The translations under genes and the position numbers were made by a program. From assembly GCA_020053795.1 (NCBI GenBank), contig JAGVMN010000007.1, positions 31,248 through 95,247 of the forward strand: a DNA stretch of 64,000 nucleotides, read 5' to 3'. Positions within the stretch are counted from its first letter, which is position 1, and each line of letters opens with the position of its first letter. The notes beneath the pieces were generated by a model that was not told the origin of the DNA, did no database searches, and saw only the letters and a list, made by a program, of their open reading frames with translations. Source of the stretch: Bacteroidia bacterium (GTDB taxonomy: Bacteria; Bacteroidota; Bacteroidia; NS11-12g; UBA9320). Shown here piece by piece: positions 20,316 to 30,177 of this stretch.

Positions 20316-21415
20316 ATATTGAATGATGATTGATTGACTTTTGTAGAGCGGGTTAAATCTTCAATAAAGTGTTTAAAAAATCCTTTATGACTAAGGTATT
20401 CTTGCCAGACTCTTCTGCACTCATATTGTCTTTCAAGAAAATCTTTCTCTTTAATGCCGGCATGAAAATCTAAGACCGCTTTTCCAATGTATTTCTCGTC
20501 TTTTTCCTCTACCCAAAGCACCAAATCCTTCCATGCTATCTTGTTTTCAAATGGCAAAACACAATCGGTATTCAAAAAAAGAGGAATTCTTCCCAGGCAC
20601 ATCACCTCATACAACCGCATCGAATAATTAGCTGCTCCCCGAATACACAAAGTATAATCAGAATTCAGAATGTTGTTGACGAATTCTAATTTAGCTTTCG
20701 AATTATTTTCACTTACCCCGAATGCGAAAGATGATCTTCTGTAAAAACTCGTTTCAATTTCAGGAATGTTCTCTAATTTTTTTAAAATTTGATTCCTTTT
20801 TACTAAAAGAGGAATGATGGGTGGCGGGTGAAATGTGTCAAATTTTAATTGAAACTTTAACCATTTGTAAAGGTTTTTAGCTGTTAATCCAAATAGCCTT
20901 AGTGTGGGATATGATGCAAGTCCACAGAAGCCCACTATGGGTTTTTCTTGTTTTGATCTTAGCTGAACCTGCCCACTGCAAAAGGAATTTAGAAGATCGG
21001 TTTTAAGGTCTCCATTGCGAATTATTTCATTTTGGTGGTATAATGAATGATAACTGGCGTTTTTAAGAAAAACAGCATTCTCGAATTCTAAATTAACATC
21101 ATAATCGCCATCAATCCAGATATAGGTTTTTAGGCCATTTGAGGAAGCGAAAGAACACAAGTCATTTACGAAATTCAATTTCCTTTGGGCAATGTAATAA
21201 TTCAATGTCATGGGAAGGAAGGCACATTCAGCAGAATTGATAGTGCTTGTTGGATTGAAATAAGGCTCATAAAATCGAAAATCAGATTCATGATCGGACC
21301 AATTGGCTGTTCCATCACCCCAAAATGCTTTGAGCGGGTGGATGAGGTATCGCAGCCAAAACTCGGTTTCCGCGTGACCTTCAGGTACAAAAATATTGAT
21401 TCGCTCTGCTGTCAT
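20312..21415 (-). CDS. exostosin-like (GT47-like) glycosyltransferase
   Basis: C-terminal TLCIRGAANYSMRLYEVMCLGRIPLFLNTDCVLPFENKIAWKDLVLWV matches the exostosin core pattern (FCLxPxG...SxRLxEAxxxGCIPVxx...LPF...W). Confidence 0.5.
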   Translation of the reverse strand: MTAERINIFVPEGHAETEFWLRYLIHPLKAFWGDGTANWSDHESDFRFYEPYFNPTSTINSAECAFLPMTLNYYIAQRKLNFVNDLCSFASSNGLKTYIWIDGDYDVNLEFENAVFLKNASYHSLYHQNEIIRNGDLKTDLLNSFCSGQVQLRSKQEKPIVGFCGLASYPTLRLFGLTAKNLYKWLKFQLKFDTFHPPPIIPLLVKRNQILKKLENIPEIETSFYRRSSFAFGVSENNSKAKLEFVNNILNSDYTLCIRGAANYSMRLYEVMCLGRIPLFLNTDCVLPFENKIAWKDLVLWVEEKDEKYIGKAVLDFHAGIKEKDFLERQYECRRVWQEYLSHKGFFKHFIEDLTRSTKVNQSSFNI

Positions 21416-22317
21416 TTTTTATCGTTTGGTTTTGCCAGCATTTGTATAAACAATCCAAATATCCAGTAATAACTGATGGCGGTGATGATGGGGAATGCGA
21501 CAATTTTTGAAAAAAAGCCGTTGACTTCGCCTGATTTCTCGAAGGCATTTCGAAATGGTGAAACCAAAAAATAGCAACCCTTCATCCATTGACGAAAACT
21601 TTTCAGCTGATGAGGATAAGCACAGTACATTTCAGCCCACTTTTTTCTGACCAGAAAGTAGGCTCTGCCGTACATGTGGTGTTGCCTGAAGAGGCCTTTC
21701 CAAGTAGATCGGTGTACATGATGCACTTTTATTTCGGGAACATATAAAACATCCCAACCGGCTTGAATCGCCCTCCAGTTATAGTCAACATCTTCTCCTC
21801 TGAAAAGGGTGATATCCTGTTCACCAATTTGTTCGATAACTTCTTTCTTGTAACTACAATTAACACCCGGAACACTTCGCGTTCTTTGCAAATTTTTATA
21901 CCTGGGAAATACCGTGATATCTGCAATTTGGGCCAGCAGCGTATCTCCCGAAGCATCAATTACTTCTCCACCGATAACGCCCGCTTTCGGGTACTTTTCG
22001 TGGTTTGATTTCATTTTACTAACCCAATCAGGGAAAGGTCGGGCGTCATCATCAGTCATTAATATTAAATCTCCCGTACAATTTCTCAAACCGATATTTC
22101 GACTGTACGCCAAATTGATATTCGCGGTTTTTATTACTTTAACAGATTTATGTTTGGTGCTCCACAAGTCAAGGGTCTCAGAGCAATCGTTTTCTCCCCC
22201 TCCATTCACAACGACTATTTCTGTTGCTTTTTCTTCCTGCAGTTCCAGCAAAGCATTTAAGGTGTCATGAATCAAATTGCCACGGTTAAAGGTGCAAATC
22301 AAAACAGATATTTTCAA
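21412..22317 (-). CDS. glycosyltransferase family 2
   Basis: ISVLICTFNRG start and DDDA motif. Confidence 0.7.
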   Translation of the reverse strand: MKISVLICTFNRGNLIHDTLNALLELQEEKATEIVVVNGGGENDCSETLDLWSTKHKSVKVIKTANINLAYSRNIGLRNCTGDLILMTDDDARPFPDWVSKMKSNHEKYPKAGVIGGEVIDASGDTLLAQIADITVFPRYKNLQRTRSVPGVNCSYKKEVIEQIGEQDITLFRGEDVDYNWRAIQAGWDVLYVPEIKVHHVHRSTWKGLFRQHHMYGRAYFLVRKKWAEMYCAYPHQLKSFRQWMKGCYFLVSPFRNAFEKSGEVNGFFSKIVAFPIITAISYYWIFGLFIQMLAKPNDKK

Positions 22318-22357
22318 AGGAAGACAAACATTAAAGATAATATGATGCCGAAAATAT

Positions 22358-23443
22358 TTATGAAATGGCTGTTACAAAACTTTCTGAGATGGCTTCCCAA
22401 CTCAGATGTTCTATGACATGTTTGCGGTTTGTATGTCCCATTTCAAGGCGAAGTTTTTCATTTTTTGCTAAATGAGAGATGGCCTCAACGATAGATTCTG
22501 TTTTGTTTTGATCAACAAAAATGGCTCCATCAGGAGGCAGACTTTCAGCGTATCCACCGTCATTTGAAACAATAAGAGGAAGAGCGGAACTCATGGCCTC
22601 TATGCTTGCCACAGAATTGGCTTCGCTGTCCGGAACCATGATGAAAATATCCGCCATCTGATAGTAACGTTCTAACTCAGAGGTAGTCCCGGCGAAGATA
22701 ACTTTTGATGCCAAATAATATTTTTGAACCATTTCCATGAGCATTGCCTGATCCGGACCACTGCCAAGAATGACATATTTCACGGGAATATTTTCCAGAA
22801 ATCTTAAAGCCTCAATAACCCTGTGCACTCCTTTCCTTTCTTCGAGTGCTCCAACATGAAGTAAAACAAACTCCTCATCTGATAAACGAAATTGTTTTCG
22901 CATTTTTATCCGGGTAGCCACGTCAGGTTTAAATCTATCTGGATTTGTTCCAACAGGAACTACCTTAACAATACGCCCAAACAACTCAGCCGCTTCAGTG
23001 GCGATCCAATCGGCATCAGCCAAAATAGTGTTTATAGAAGTTCGCCATCCTGCTTTGATCATGCTGTTGTACCTGTGAGGTACGGATGAATAGGGGTAGC
23101 ATAAATAAAGGACGGTATTAAGTTTTTTGAATTTACCTACAAACTTCAATGTTTCTTCTTCTCCAAAATCTGCAAAAAAGACAATAATTCGGTCATAACT
23201 ATTCAATAGGAAATGGCAGCAAAAAAAAGGTACGGCCAGCTTTTTTTCATAATATCTGCTTCCCGGACTTTTTACTATTCTGATACCTTTATCAGGTGCA
23301 ATGAGGGGCTCAATGGTTTGACTGCCGGAGACGATGGTTACCTCATGCCCCTTTTGATTTAATTCGTTGGAAAGACTCAACACAAGGGTTTCAATTCCTC
23401 TCGGGAGTTTAAAAGTGTGAAAATGGAAAAATGCAATTTTCAA
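22358..23443 (-). CDS. glycosyltransferase family 4
   Basis: GT-B fold motifs and a C-terminal E-rich segment. It lies inside the GT array. Confidence 0.65.
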   Translation of the reverse strand: MKIAFFHFHTFKLPRGIETLVLSLSNELNQKGHEVTIVSGSQTIEPLIAPDKGIRIVKSPGSRYYEKKLAVPFFCCHFLLNSYDRIIVFFADFGEEETLKFVGKFKKLNTVLYLCYPYSSVPHRYNSMIKAGWRTSINTILADADWIATEAAELFGRIVKVVPVGTNPDRFKPDVATRIKMRKQFRLSDEEFVLLHVGALEERKGVHRVIEALRFLENIPVKYVILGSGPDQAMLMEMVQKYYLASKVIFAGTTSELERYYQMADIFIMVPDSEANSVASIEAMSSALPLIVSNDGGYAESLPPDGAIFVDQNKTESIVEAISHLAKNEKLRLEMGHTNRKHVIEHLSWEAISESFVTAIS

Positions 23444-23453
23444 ATCTTTATGC

Positions 23454-24668
23454 CTAAGAAAGGAGGTTCTGATAGTATTGCTTATAGATTGGACTAAGGG
23501 CTGGGATCCCGAATTTTTCAGACTGTTCTAAAACATACTTGCCAGATTCTTTAAGCAGCACCGGATTCAAAATAAATTTTTCAAAAAGCTTGGTTATCTG
23601 TGCCGAATTACCGGCTTCAAAGATGTATTCCTTATTTTTTGGCCCTAGTGTTTCCGGCATTCCCCCAATATTTGATGCAATGACCGGCACTCCGCAGGCC
23701 ATGGCTTGTGCTACGGTATAAGAAAATGATTCATATATTTCTGAAGGAACAATAACCAGATCAGAAGTGGCATAATATTCAGGAAGTTTTTCATAAGAAA
23801 TAAACCCTCCAAAAGTTACCCTATACTCAAGATTGAATTCCGAGACGAGTTTTTTGCAGATTTCAAATGCATTACCCCTCGGTGGACCAATGTTGATGAG
23901 ATGTGCCTGAGGGTATTTTTGAGCAAGTTCAATAAAAGACTTGATTAAAGTGATTACACCTTTTGCCCTTTCGAATCGGCCTACATGAAGAATAATAAAT
24001 TTATCTGATACTTTGACGGGTTTTGGCAATGGTCGAAAATGAGCAGTGTCAAGTATATTCGGAATCACGGTTATTTTTTCTTCCGGAAGATTGTAGTACT
24101 GTATGAGGTGGGATTTAAGGTCTTCGCTGGGCGTCGTGATGGCATCGCATTTTTGAAAACAGAATTTTTCCCTTTGAACGGCCCACCAACCGTCTAATCC
24201 ACGTATTTCTTCTTCCAGATAGGTGCTTCGAAGTATGCCCCATGGGGTGTGAGCTCTGATGACCACTTTGTTATTCCGCTTTGGATTTCGCTGCAAATAA
24301 GCATAAGCTTCGCTATGTATATCCATGAATTCAATGACATCTTTATGATCTTTTTCAAGTGCAATGGCGAGTTTTAGTGCATACTTCAGGTCCGTCCAAT
24401 ACCTAAGCCCATTCCTTAAACCACTTGTTTTGGCGAGTTGGTGTAATCGGGTATAATGACTGTGAGCGGAAATACTTCTCATGGGAATTTTAAGTTGATC
24501 ATAAAATTGAGAATTAATCTCAGATGCCGACGTATAGATCGTCATTTCAAACTCATCTTTCAAAGCAGCCACCAGATACCCACTGTGCATAGCGATGCCA
24601 CCCTGATGTTCCGGATAAAACCATCTTGAACAGATGGCGAATTTTAATCTGTCTTTTGAAATACCCAT
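23454..24668 (-). CDS. glycosyltransferase family 4
   Basis: QGGIAMHSGYL N-terminal motif. C-terminal AQAMACGVPVIASNIGGMPE. Confidence 0.7.
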   Translation of the reverse strand: MGISKDRLKFAICSRWFYPEHQGGIAMHSGYLVAALKDEFEMTIYTSASEINSQFYDQLKIPMRSISAHSHYTRLHQLAKTSGLRNGLRYWTDLKYALKLAIALEKDHKDVIEFMDIHSEAYAYLQRNPKRNNKVVIRAHTPWGILRSTYLEEEIRGLDGWWAVQREKFCFQKCDAITTPSEDLKSHLIQYYNLPEEKITVIPNILDTAHFRPLPKPVKVSDKFIILHVGRFERAKGVITLIKSFIELAQKYPQAHLINIGPPRGNAFEICKKLVSEFNLEYRVTFGGFISYEKLPEYYATSDLVIVPSEIYESFSYTVAQAMACGVPVIASNIGGMPETLGPKNKEYIFEAGNSAQITKLFEKFILNPVLLKESGKYVLEQSEKFGIPALSPIYKQYYQNLLS

Positions 24669-26389
24669 TGAATTTCAACAAATTGAAGTGCAAATTTTTT
24701 GATTAACCGGTCTGCATGACTCGGATTGTTTTTGTTTTGAAGTGCAGCATTGACTTTCCTTGTGAGGTAGGTTGACATTATATTATCAAGCTTTTTAAGG
24801 CGATATTTCTTCCAGTCGTGCCAAACTATATAGCTGTTTGTTGAGATCAGGTACCACATGCTTTCTATCTCTTTATAATAATTTTTTGTGTTATTAACGT
24901 CCCAAAAATCACCACTTCGGAACACAAAGAACGACTTATGGGTAATATCAGTGAAGGCGGCAATTGAAAATGCATGAGGCACGTGAACGTGTATTTTCCC
25001 TTTTGATTTAAGTATTCTTCGGCACTCCGAAAAAATACGCTGAATATTGTCTAATGAAAAATGCTCAACAACATGCCTTAAATAGATATGATCAAAAGAT
25101 CCATCTCTAAAAGGATAGGGAAAATCCAAAAGGTCATGCACCACATCCACTTCATCTAACACGGCGTTGTCCATACCTATTGCATCCTCGACCTTGTTCG
25201 TTCCGCACCCCAAATCGAGAATATCAAATTCACCGATTAACCGAATTCTCCTTTCAGTGTTGAAATCAAGGTTAATCAAAGCTAAAATCCTTTTTCTGGC
25301 TGCTTGCCCCATGGCAAAATGTTCTTGCTCCAAAACGAGATAAATGGCCTTTAGAAATTTATCCTTAAAATCATCAATATCACGTGGTTTAAATAAAAAT
25401 CCACATTCATTATTTCCGATCAGTTCAGGAATTCCACCAACGGCACTGGCAACTATTATTTTTCCGGCACCCATAGCTTCATAAACGGTATTGGGAGAAT
25501 TATCGAAATAAGATGGGATAACACAAATATCAGCCGATTTATAAGCCTCTAACAATACCTCTTTTGGTACGAACTTGTGCTGTTCGAGAAAATTCAGGTT
25601 GGAGACGTCCTGAACAGGTTCATAGCCGTAAAACTTCACTTCAATGAAGTCCTTAAGGGATGCGGGAATTTGTTTTAATGCATCTATCAAAAACTCACCA
25701 CCTTTAACAGGATCATTCCTTGATGCAAAGAAAATAATGACCTTTTCTTTGCGTACAATTTTTTGCTCTTCAGGTTCATGATTAATTTGTTTTTCATCGA
25801 TGGGATAAGGAATTACCTCGCTATTATCAAATGTTTCACCCATTTCATCTTCTACCAGCTTAATCATGGCATTACACGGTGAGATGACATATTTTGCACG
25901 TTTAATGAAATAATGCTCCACTTTTCGTGCGATCCAGTCCGAGAGATTTACAGTCTGACCTGAATTCTTTTTAAATGTATAGGCCGAACCATGCAGATGA
26001 ACAAAATAATCGAATTTTTTGAAAATGGCGTTCCAGAAATCTCCGCCTTCGCTGTATTCAACAACGTTAATTTTTCTTTTTCGATTGATTTCGATGAGTT
26101 TTTTATAAATGATCCATCCGGCTTCCAATTGTTTGATTAATGGAGCGAATACACTTAGAAATGGGATTTTACTTATGTAATAATGAATAGGTCCATTATG
26201 TATGCAAGCAAAAATCCGGATACCATCATCATTATATTCGGCATTTTTGTTGCCCATTTGGCCACAAATTACCGAAACCTTAACGCCTCTTCTTATCAAT
26301 TGTTTTCCAAAAAGTTGCACATAGGTACCGGCACCGCCAACCTGACCTGAAGCTCTTGGATATCCTGTTTCTACAAAAACTACATGCAT
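24644..26389 (-). CDS. bifunctional GT4 glycosyltransferase / class I SAM methyltransferase fusion
   Basis: N-terminal GT4 (GGAGTYV...EAMGAGKIIVASAVGGIPE). C-terminal about 180 aa with ILDLGCGTNK motif I and the acidic DxxD motifs of Methyltransf_11. Confidence 0.65.
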   Translation of the reverse strand: MHVVFVETGYPRASGQVGGAGTYVQLFGKQLIRRGVKVSVICGQMGNKNAEYNDDGIRIFACIHNGPIHYYISKIPFLSVFAPLIKQLEAGWIIYKKLIEINRKRKINVVEYSEGGDFWNAIFKKFDYFVHLHGSAYTFKKNSGQTVNLSDWIARKVEHYFIKRAKYVISPCNAMIKLVEDEMGETFDNSEVIPYPIDEKQINHEPEEQKIVRKEKVIIFFASRNDPVKGGEFLIDALKQIPASLKDFIEVKFYGYEPVQDVSNLNFLEQHKFVPKEVLLEAYKSADICVIPSYFDNSPNTVYEAMGAGKIIVASAVGGIPELIGNNECGFLFKPRDIDDFKDKFLKAIYLVLEQEHFAMGQAARKRILALINLDFNTERRIRLIGEFDILDLGCGTNKVEDAIGMDNAVLDEVDVVHDLLDFPYPFRDGSFDHIYLRHVVEHFSLDNIQRIFSECRRILKSKGKIHVHVPHAFSIAAFTDITHKSFFVFRSGDFWDVNNTKNYYKEIESMWYLISTNSYIVWHDWKKYRLKKLDNIMSTYLTRKVNAALQNKNNPSHADRLIKKFALQFVEIQWVFQKTD

Positions 26390-26392
26390 AGT

Positions 26393-27655
26393 TTAATCAG
26401 TAAAAACCGTTTCTTTAAAACGCCCGAAAGCGGCCTCCCAATTCCAATAAGTCATCACACTTTCCTTGCCGGCTTTGGCTATTTCTTCTCTTTTGGTATC
26501 GTTGTCAATAAGAAATTCAACGGCTTTCCCAAATTCTTTGGATTGTCGTTGAACCAATAAACCGGTCTTTTCGTGAATTATAGATTCCCGTGGTCCACCC
26601 TCACAAACAGCAATTACCGGAACGCCGAACGCCATCGCCTCCAGTGGGGTTAATCCAAAGGGCTCAAGAAATGGCGAATAAAGAAAAATGGATGATTCCT
26701 GAAATTTCGCGGTCAACTCAATTTCACTCAAATCAACGCAAATCTCAATTTCTACATTTAATTGTTCGGCCATATTTATCAAATATCTTTCATAGGCTGA
26801 ATTTGAGGAATTGCCAACCACGATTAGCCTGGGTCTTTTAGATATGGGAACAAAAGACAGCGATTCAACTAAAAAATGATATCCCTTCATGGGCCCGATA
26901 GCTCCAACTGACAAGACGTATTTTCGCGGTGTGGTTTTTTTAGGTAACTCTTCAGGAAGGTTCGTTCCAAGATAAACAACAGAAGCATTGACACCATAAG
27001 CAGCCAACAAGTTTTCCTTAGAGAAATTAGAATTCGTCAGCACCAAATCTGTAAATTGAATATTTTTAAAATCGTATGATTGGCGGTATAAACGTTCTAT
27101 GTTGATAAACGGCTTATCCCAAATATTGACAATCGGAGAATAGAATTTGAGCAATAATGGCTTGATTCCGTATGTTTTCTCATGTGTAATCTTTTCAAGT
27201 TTCTCTATTTGATTGAAGAAACCCTTTTCGTAGAATTCTCTTTGAGTTTCTGCACAATAGTATACGGTTCTGCAGTTTAGATATCTCAAAATAAACGGAC
27301 TCTGAACCAGGTCTTTGCTATGGTGAATAAAAGCAATGTCGTAGTTGCCCGAATTTATCTTGGCAGCCAGCCTTTTTGATGATTTTTTAATTCTTTTGAT
27401 ATTGATGAAGAAAAAAACAAGGTAAATAATTGATTTCAAGAAAGGCAAAGGCCAAGTGAATCTTTTTAGGAGTATGTATCCATCAACAGTGCATGAACTG
27501 ACTTTTTTATCCAAAGGGAGAAATTTTTCAACCCCGATGTCATGTATAAATAAATCTACCGTCCATGCTTCCCTTATGAAACGCACGCAAAATTCATAAA
27601 GTTCCTTCTTGCTCCCCCCTGATGTCAGGTTATGATATATAGCGATTCTTTTCAT
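26393..27655 (-). CDS. glycosyltransferase family 4
   Basis: LEAMAFGVPVIAVCEGGPRESIIHEKTGLLV motif. Confidence 0.7.
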   Translation of the reverse strand: MKRIAIYHNLTSGGSKKELYEFCVRFIREAWTVDLFIHDIGVEKFLPLDKKVSSCTVDGYILLKRFTWPLPFLKSIIYLVFFFINIKRIKKSSKRLAAKINSGNYDIAFIHHSKDLVQSPFILRYLNCRTVYYCAETQREFYEKGFFNQIEKLEKITHEKTYGIKPLLLKFYSPIVNIWDKPFINIERLYRQSYDFKNIQFTDLVLTNSNFSKENLLAAYGVNASVVYLGTNLPEELPKKTTPRKYVLSVGAIGPMKGYHFLVESLSFVPISKRPRLIVVGNSSNSAYERYLINMAEQLNVEIEICVDLSEIELTAKFQESSIFLYSPFLEPFGLTPLEAMAFGVPVIAVCEGGPRESIIHEKTGLLVQRQSKEFGKAVEFLIDNDTKREEIAKAGKESVMTYWNWEAAFGRFKETVFTD

Positions 27656-27723
27656 TTAAGAAATTGAATAGATTAAAGATTCGAAGATATTCTTGCATAG
27701 TGGAAAGTAAACGGTAATGGTCA

Positions 27724-28662
27724 TTAACTGCGTTTCGAATCATTTAACAAAATCAATTTGCCGTAATAAAGATGTTTTTTAGGCTCCATGATGATTGCCT
27801 TGGGATAAATAAAAATGGCCCTGCACAAAAACTTTAAACCGTCAATGGCAGATGCTCGATGATTAATGGCAACTGATATATAAAGATTGTGAATATGCCG
27901 AAAGATGTATTTTTTATTCCCTTTTTGGGTGTCTTGCAATATCTTTTTTGCAACAGATATTCGATTCAAAAGCCATTTCTTTGGATTCATTACACTGGTG
28001 ATTCCGTCAGGATGTTGCCTGTAAACTGACATTATATCATTTAGAAATCCAATTTTACCTCTTAAGGCTAAAAGAATTTGAACGGTGTGGTCTCCAGATA
28101 TGGCTTCTGACAAGTAATCTGGAAATGGAAATATGATTGATTTGCGGAACAACATGGAAGATGTCAATGGACCCGATTGCAAAATATCCTCAATGCCATA
28201 TTCATTGGTTTTCGTGTTTTTTGGTTTAGGATATGGTTTAAAAGGCTGTATGTGTTCTCCGTACAATAAATACCCTTCGTGAAAGGAAAGTGCTAAATCG
28301 TTTTTGGTAATATGATCGAATTGTTTTTGAAGTTTTAACTCATCAACCCAGTAATCATCTCCATCGCACATAGCTATTAAGTCTGCTTTACATTGGGTAA
28401 GGGTATCTAGGCTATTTGGCATCATACCCAGATTTTCTGCTCTTTCAAGTATTCTTATTATATCCGGGTATTTATTTTGATATTCTTTACAAATAGCTAA
28501 AGTATTATCAATACTTTTATCTTCGCCAATAACAAGTTCAAATGAAAAATTTGTTTTCTGCATTAATACACCTTCGATAGCCTTGGCTATGAAGTTTTCG
28601 TGGTCGTACGTTATCATACAAACACTTACTGATGGAACGGAATCATTAAAGGCCGAAGTCAT
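27724..28662 (-). CDS. glycosyltransferase family 2 (tandem paralog A)
   Basis: VSVCMITYDHENFIAKAIEGVLMQKT...GEDKSIDNT. Confidence 0.7.
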   Translation of the reverse strand: MTSAFNDSVPSVSVCMITYDHENFIAKAIEGVLMQKTNFSFELVIGEDKSIDNTLAICKEYQNKYPDIIRILERAENLGMMPNSLDTLTQCKADLIAMCDGDDYWVDELKLQKQFDHITKNDLALSFHEGYLLYGEHIQPFKPYPKPKNTKTNEYGIEDILQSGPLTSSMLFRKSIIFPFPDYLSEAISGDHTVQILLALRGKIGFLNDIMSVYRQHPDGITSVMNPKKWLLNRISVAKKILQDTQKGNKKYIFRHIHNLYISVAINHRASAIDGLKFLCRAIFIYPKAIIMEPKKHLYYGKLILLNDSKRS

Positions 28663-28664
28663 AC

Positions 28665-29594
28665 TTAGATGGTTGCAAAGGATTTTCTGATTTCATAAAA
28701 CATTAATCTGATTCTGGCCCAGGTCCATTCCCTGTTTGTCATTAAACCTTTTAAGATATGGTTACATTTCGTAGCAAAATTTGTGGTTTGAACCATAGCA
28801 AAATGAAAATGCAATTTTGAAACAGCGGTCATCAATAGCCTTCTTTTTTTGTAGTCGTTATATTTGATCAGACCTTTTAAAGATTCTATCCGGTTCAAAA
28901 TCCAGGATGCACTATTGGTCGTTGCGGTGACGCCTGAATCCAGTACCACATGGTTACACCAATATTCATTGATCAAACCAATATCACCTTTTGAGGCAAT
29001 AATCAGCATTTGAATTTGGTCGCCTGAAAATGTGGTGTGAAATATTTCGGGAAGCGGGAGTGAAGCATTTTTCTCAAAGAATATGGACGCAGTTAGTGGC
29101 CATACTTTCAAGAGCGTTTCAAAATCCCATTTTTCTACAGTCAACTTACTTTGGGGTCCTGTCAATTCCCCTGCAGGATTTACCCAATGACCCTGATGAA
29201 AGTTCATAACCAGATTATTGGCTTCGAGATGTTCTTTTTGTTTTTGAAGTTTTAAAGGATATGTCCAATAGTCGTCACCTTCGCAAAGGGCAACATACTT
29301 ACCCCTGCAATTCTGAAAAGTATCAATAAAATTAGTAATCATGCCCATGTTTCGTTCTCTTTTCAAAACACGAATGATGTTTGGATATTTTGCTTCGTAC
29401 TCGCAACAAATGGCGTATGTGTTGTCCGTTCCACGGTCTTCACCAATTACTAATTCAATCGGAAATTCGGTTTGTTGCATCATCACCCCTTCTATTGCTT
29501 TAGCGATGAACCTGTCATGATTGTAAGTGATCATACATACACTTACCAATGGCCGATCTTCATGTGTATTCAAGTTGATTATGTTTTTTTGCAA
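28665..29594 (-). CDS. glycosyltransferase family 2 (tandem paralog B)
   Basis: VSVCMITYNHDRFIAKAIEGVMMQQT...GEDRGTDNT. It is co-linear with the neighbouring GT2 and 2 nt away. Confidence 0.7.
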   Translation of the reverse strand: MQKNIINLNTHEDRPLVSVCMITYNHDRFIAKAIEGVMMQQTEFPIELVIGEDRGTDNTYAICCEYEAKYPNIIRVLKRERNMGMITNFIDTFQNCRGKYVALCEGDDYWTYPLKLQKQKEHLEANNLVMNFHQGHWVNPAGELTGPQSKLTVEKWDFETLLKVWPLTASIFFEKNASLPLPEIFHTTFSGDQIQMLIIASKGDIGLINEYWCNHVVLDSGVTATTNSASWILNRIESLKGLIKYNDYKKRRLLMTAVSKLHFHFAMVQTTNFATKCNHILKGLMTNREWTWARIRLMFYEIRKSFATI

Positions 29595-30111
29595 TTAAGG
29601 TATAATGCATGGGCATTAAATTTCTCAAGGGTGTTTCAATTGCATTTAATTCCAGAATTTGAAAGTTACTAAAAAGAGAACGTAAACCATACTCAGTAAA
29701 TCTCCAACAATCGGGTAGGGGGCCATGTATTCTAAAATTAAAAGGAACAGATACGAAAATAAGACCTTCTGGTTTTAAGACTCTTCGAAGTTCGTTCACT
29801 GCATCAAAAGGTCTCAAAGTATGCTCTAAAACCTCTGTGCAAAGAATATAATCAAAATGATTATCTGGAATAGTTTTGTCGTTTGATTCACAAATGTCTG
29901 CGATATAATCACTATCCGATAGGGGATTAATATCTAGAGTATAAATAGATGACAAATGGAAAAACTATTTGGCCCCTAAATGTTCTTGCGGAGCAATATC
30001 CAAAAGTGATGTCCCGGTTTTGTCATATTTTCCACTACAATCCTTTATGAAATTAGAGACATTGGCTCTGATTAATTGTAAATGTTTAATATCAAGTTCG
30101 CTAACCATCAT
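29560..30111 (-). pseudogene. class I methyltransferase-like gene interrupted by an in-frame TAG (49-codon N-terminal piece plus 131-aa C-terminal piece, same frame)
   Basis: Minus-strand reading gives MMVSELDIKHLQLIRANVSNFIKDCSGKYDKTGTSLLDIAPQEHLGAK-TAG-FFH-L(TTG)-SSIYTLDIN... The downstream piece has methyltransferase post-I motifs (ILCTEVLEHT, LKPEGLIFVS) but no Gly-rich motif I of its own. Confidence 0.4.
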
Positions 30112-30177
30112 TTTATGCTGAGAAATAAAATAATGACCTTACTTGTTCACTCTGCCAAAAGCGGGCATTGAGGGTGG

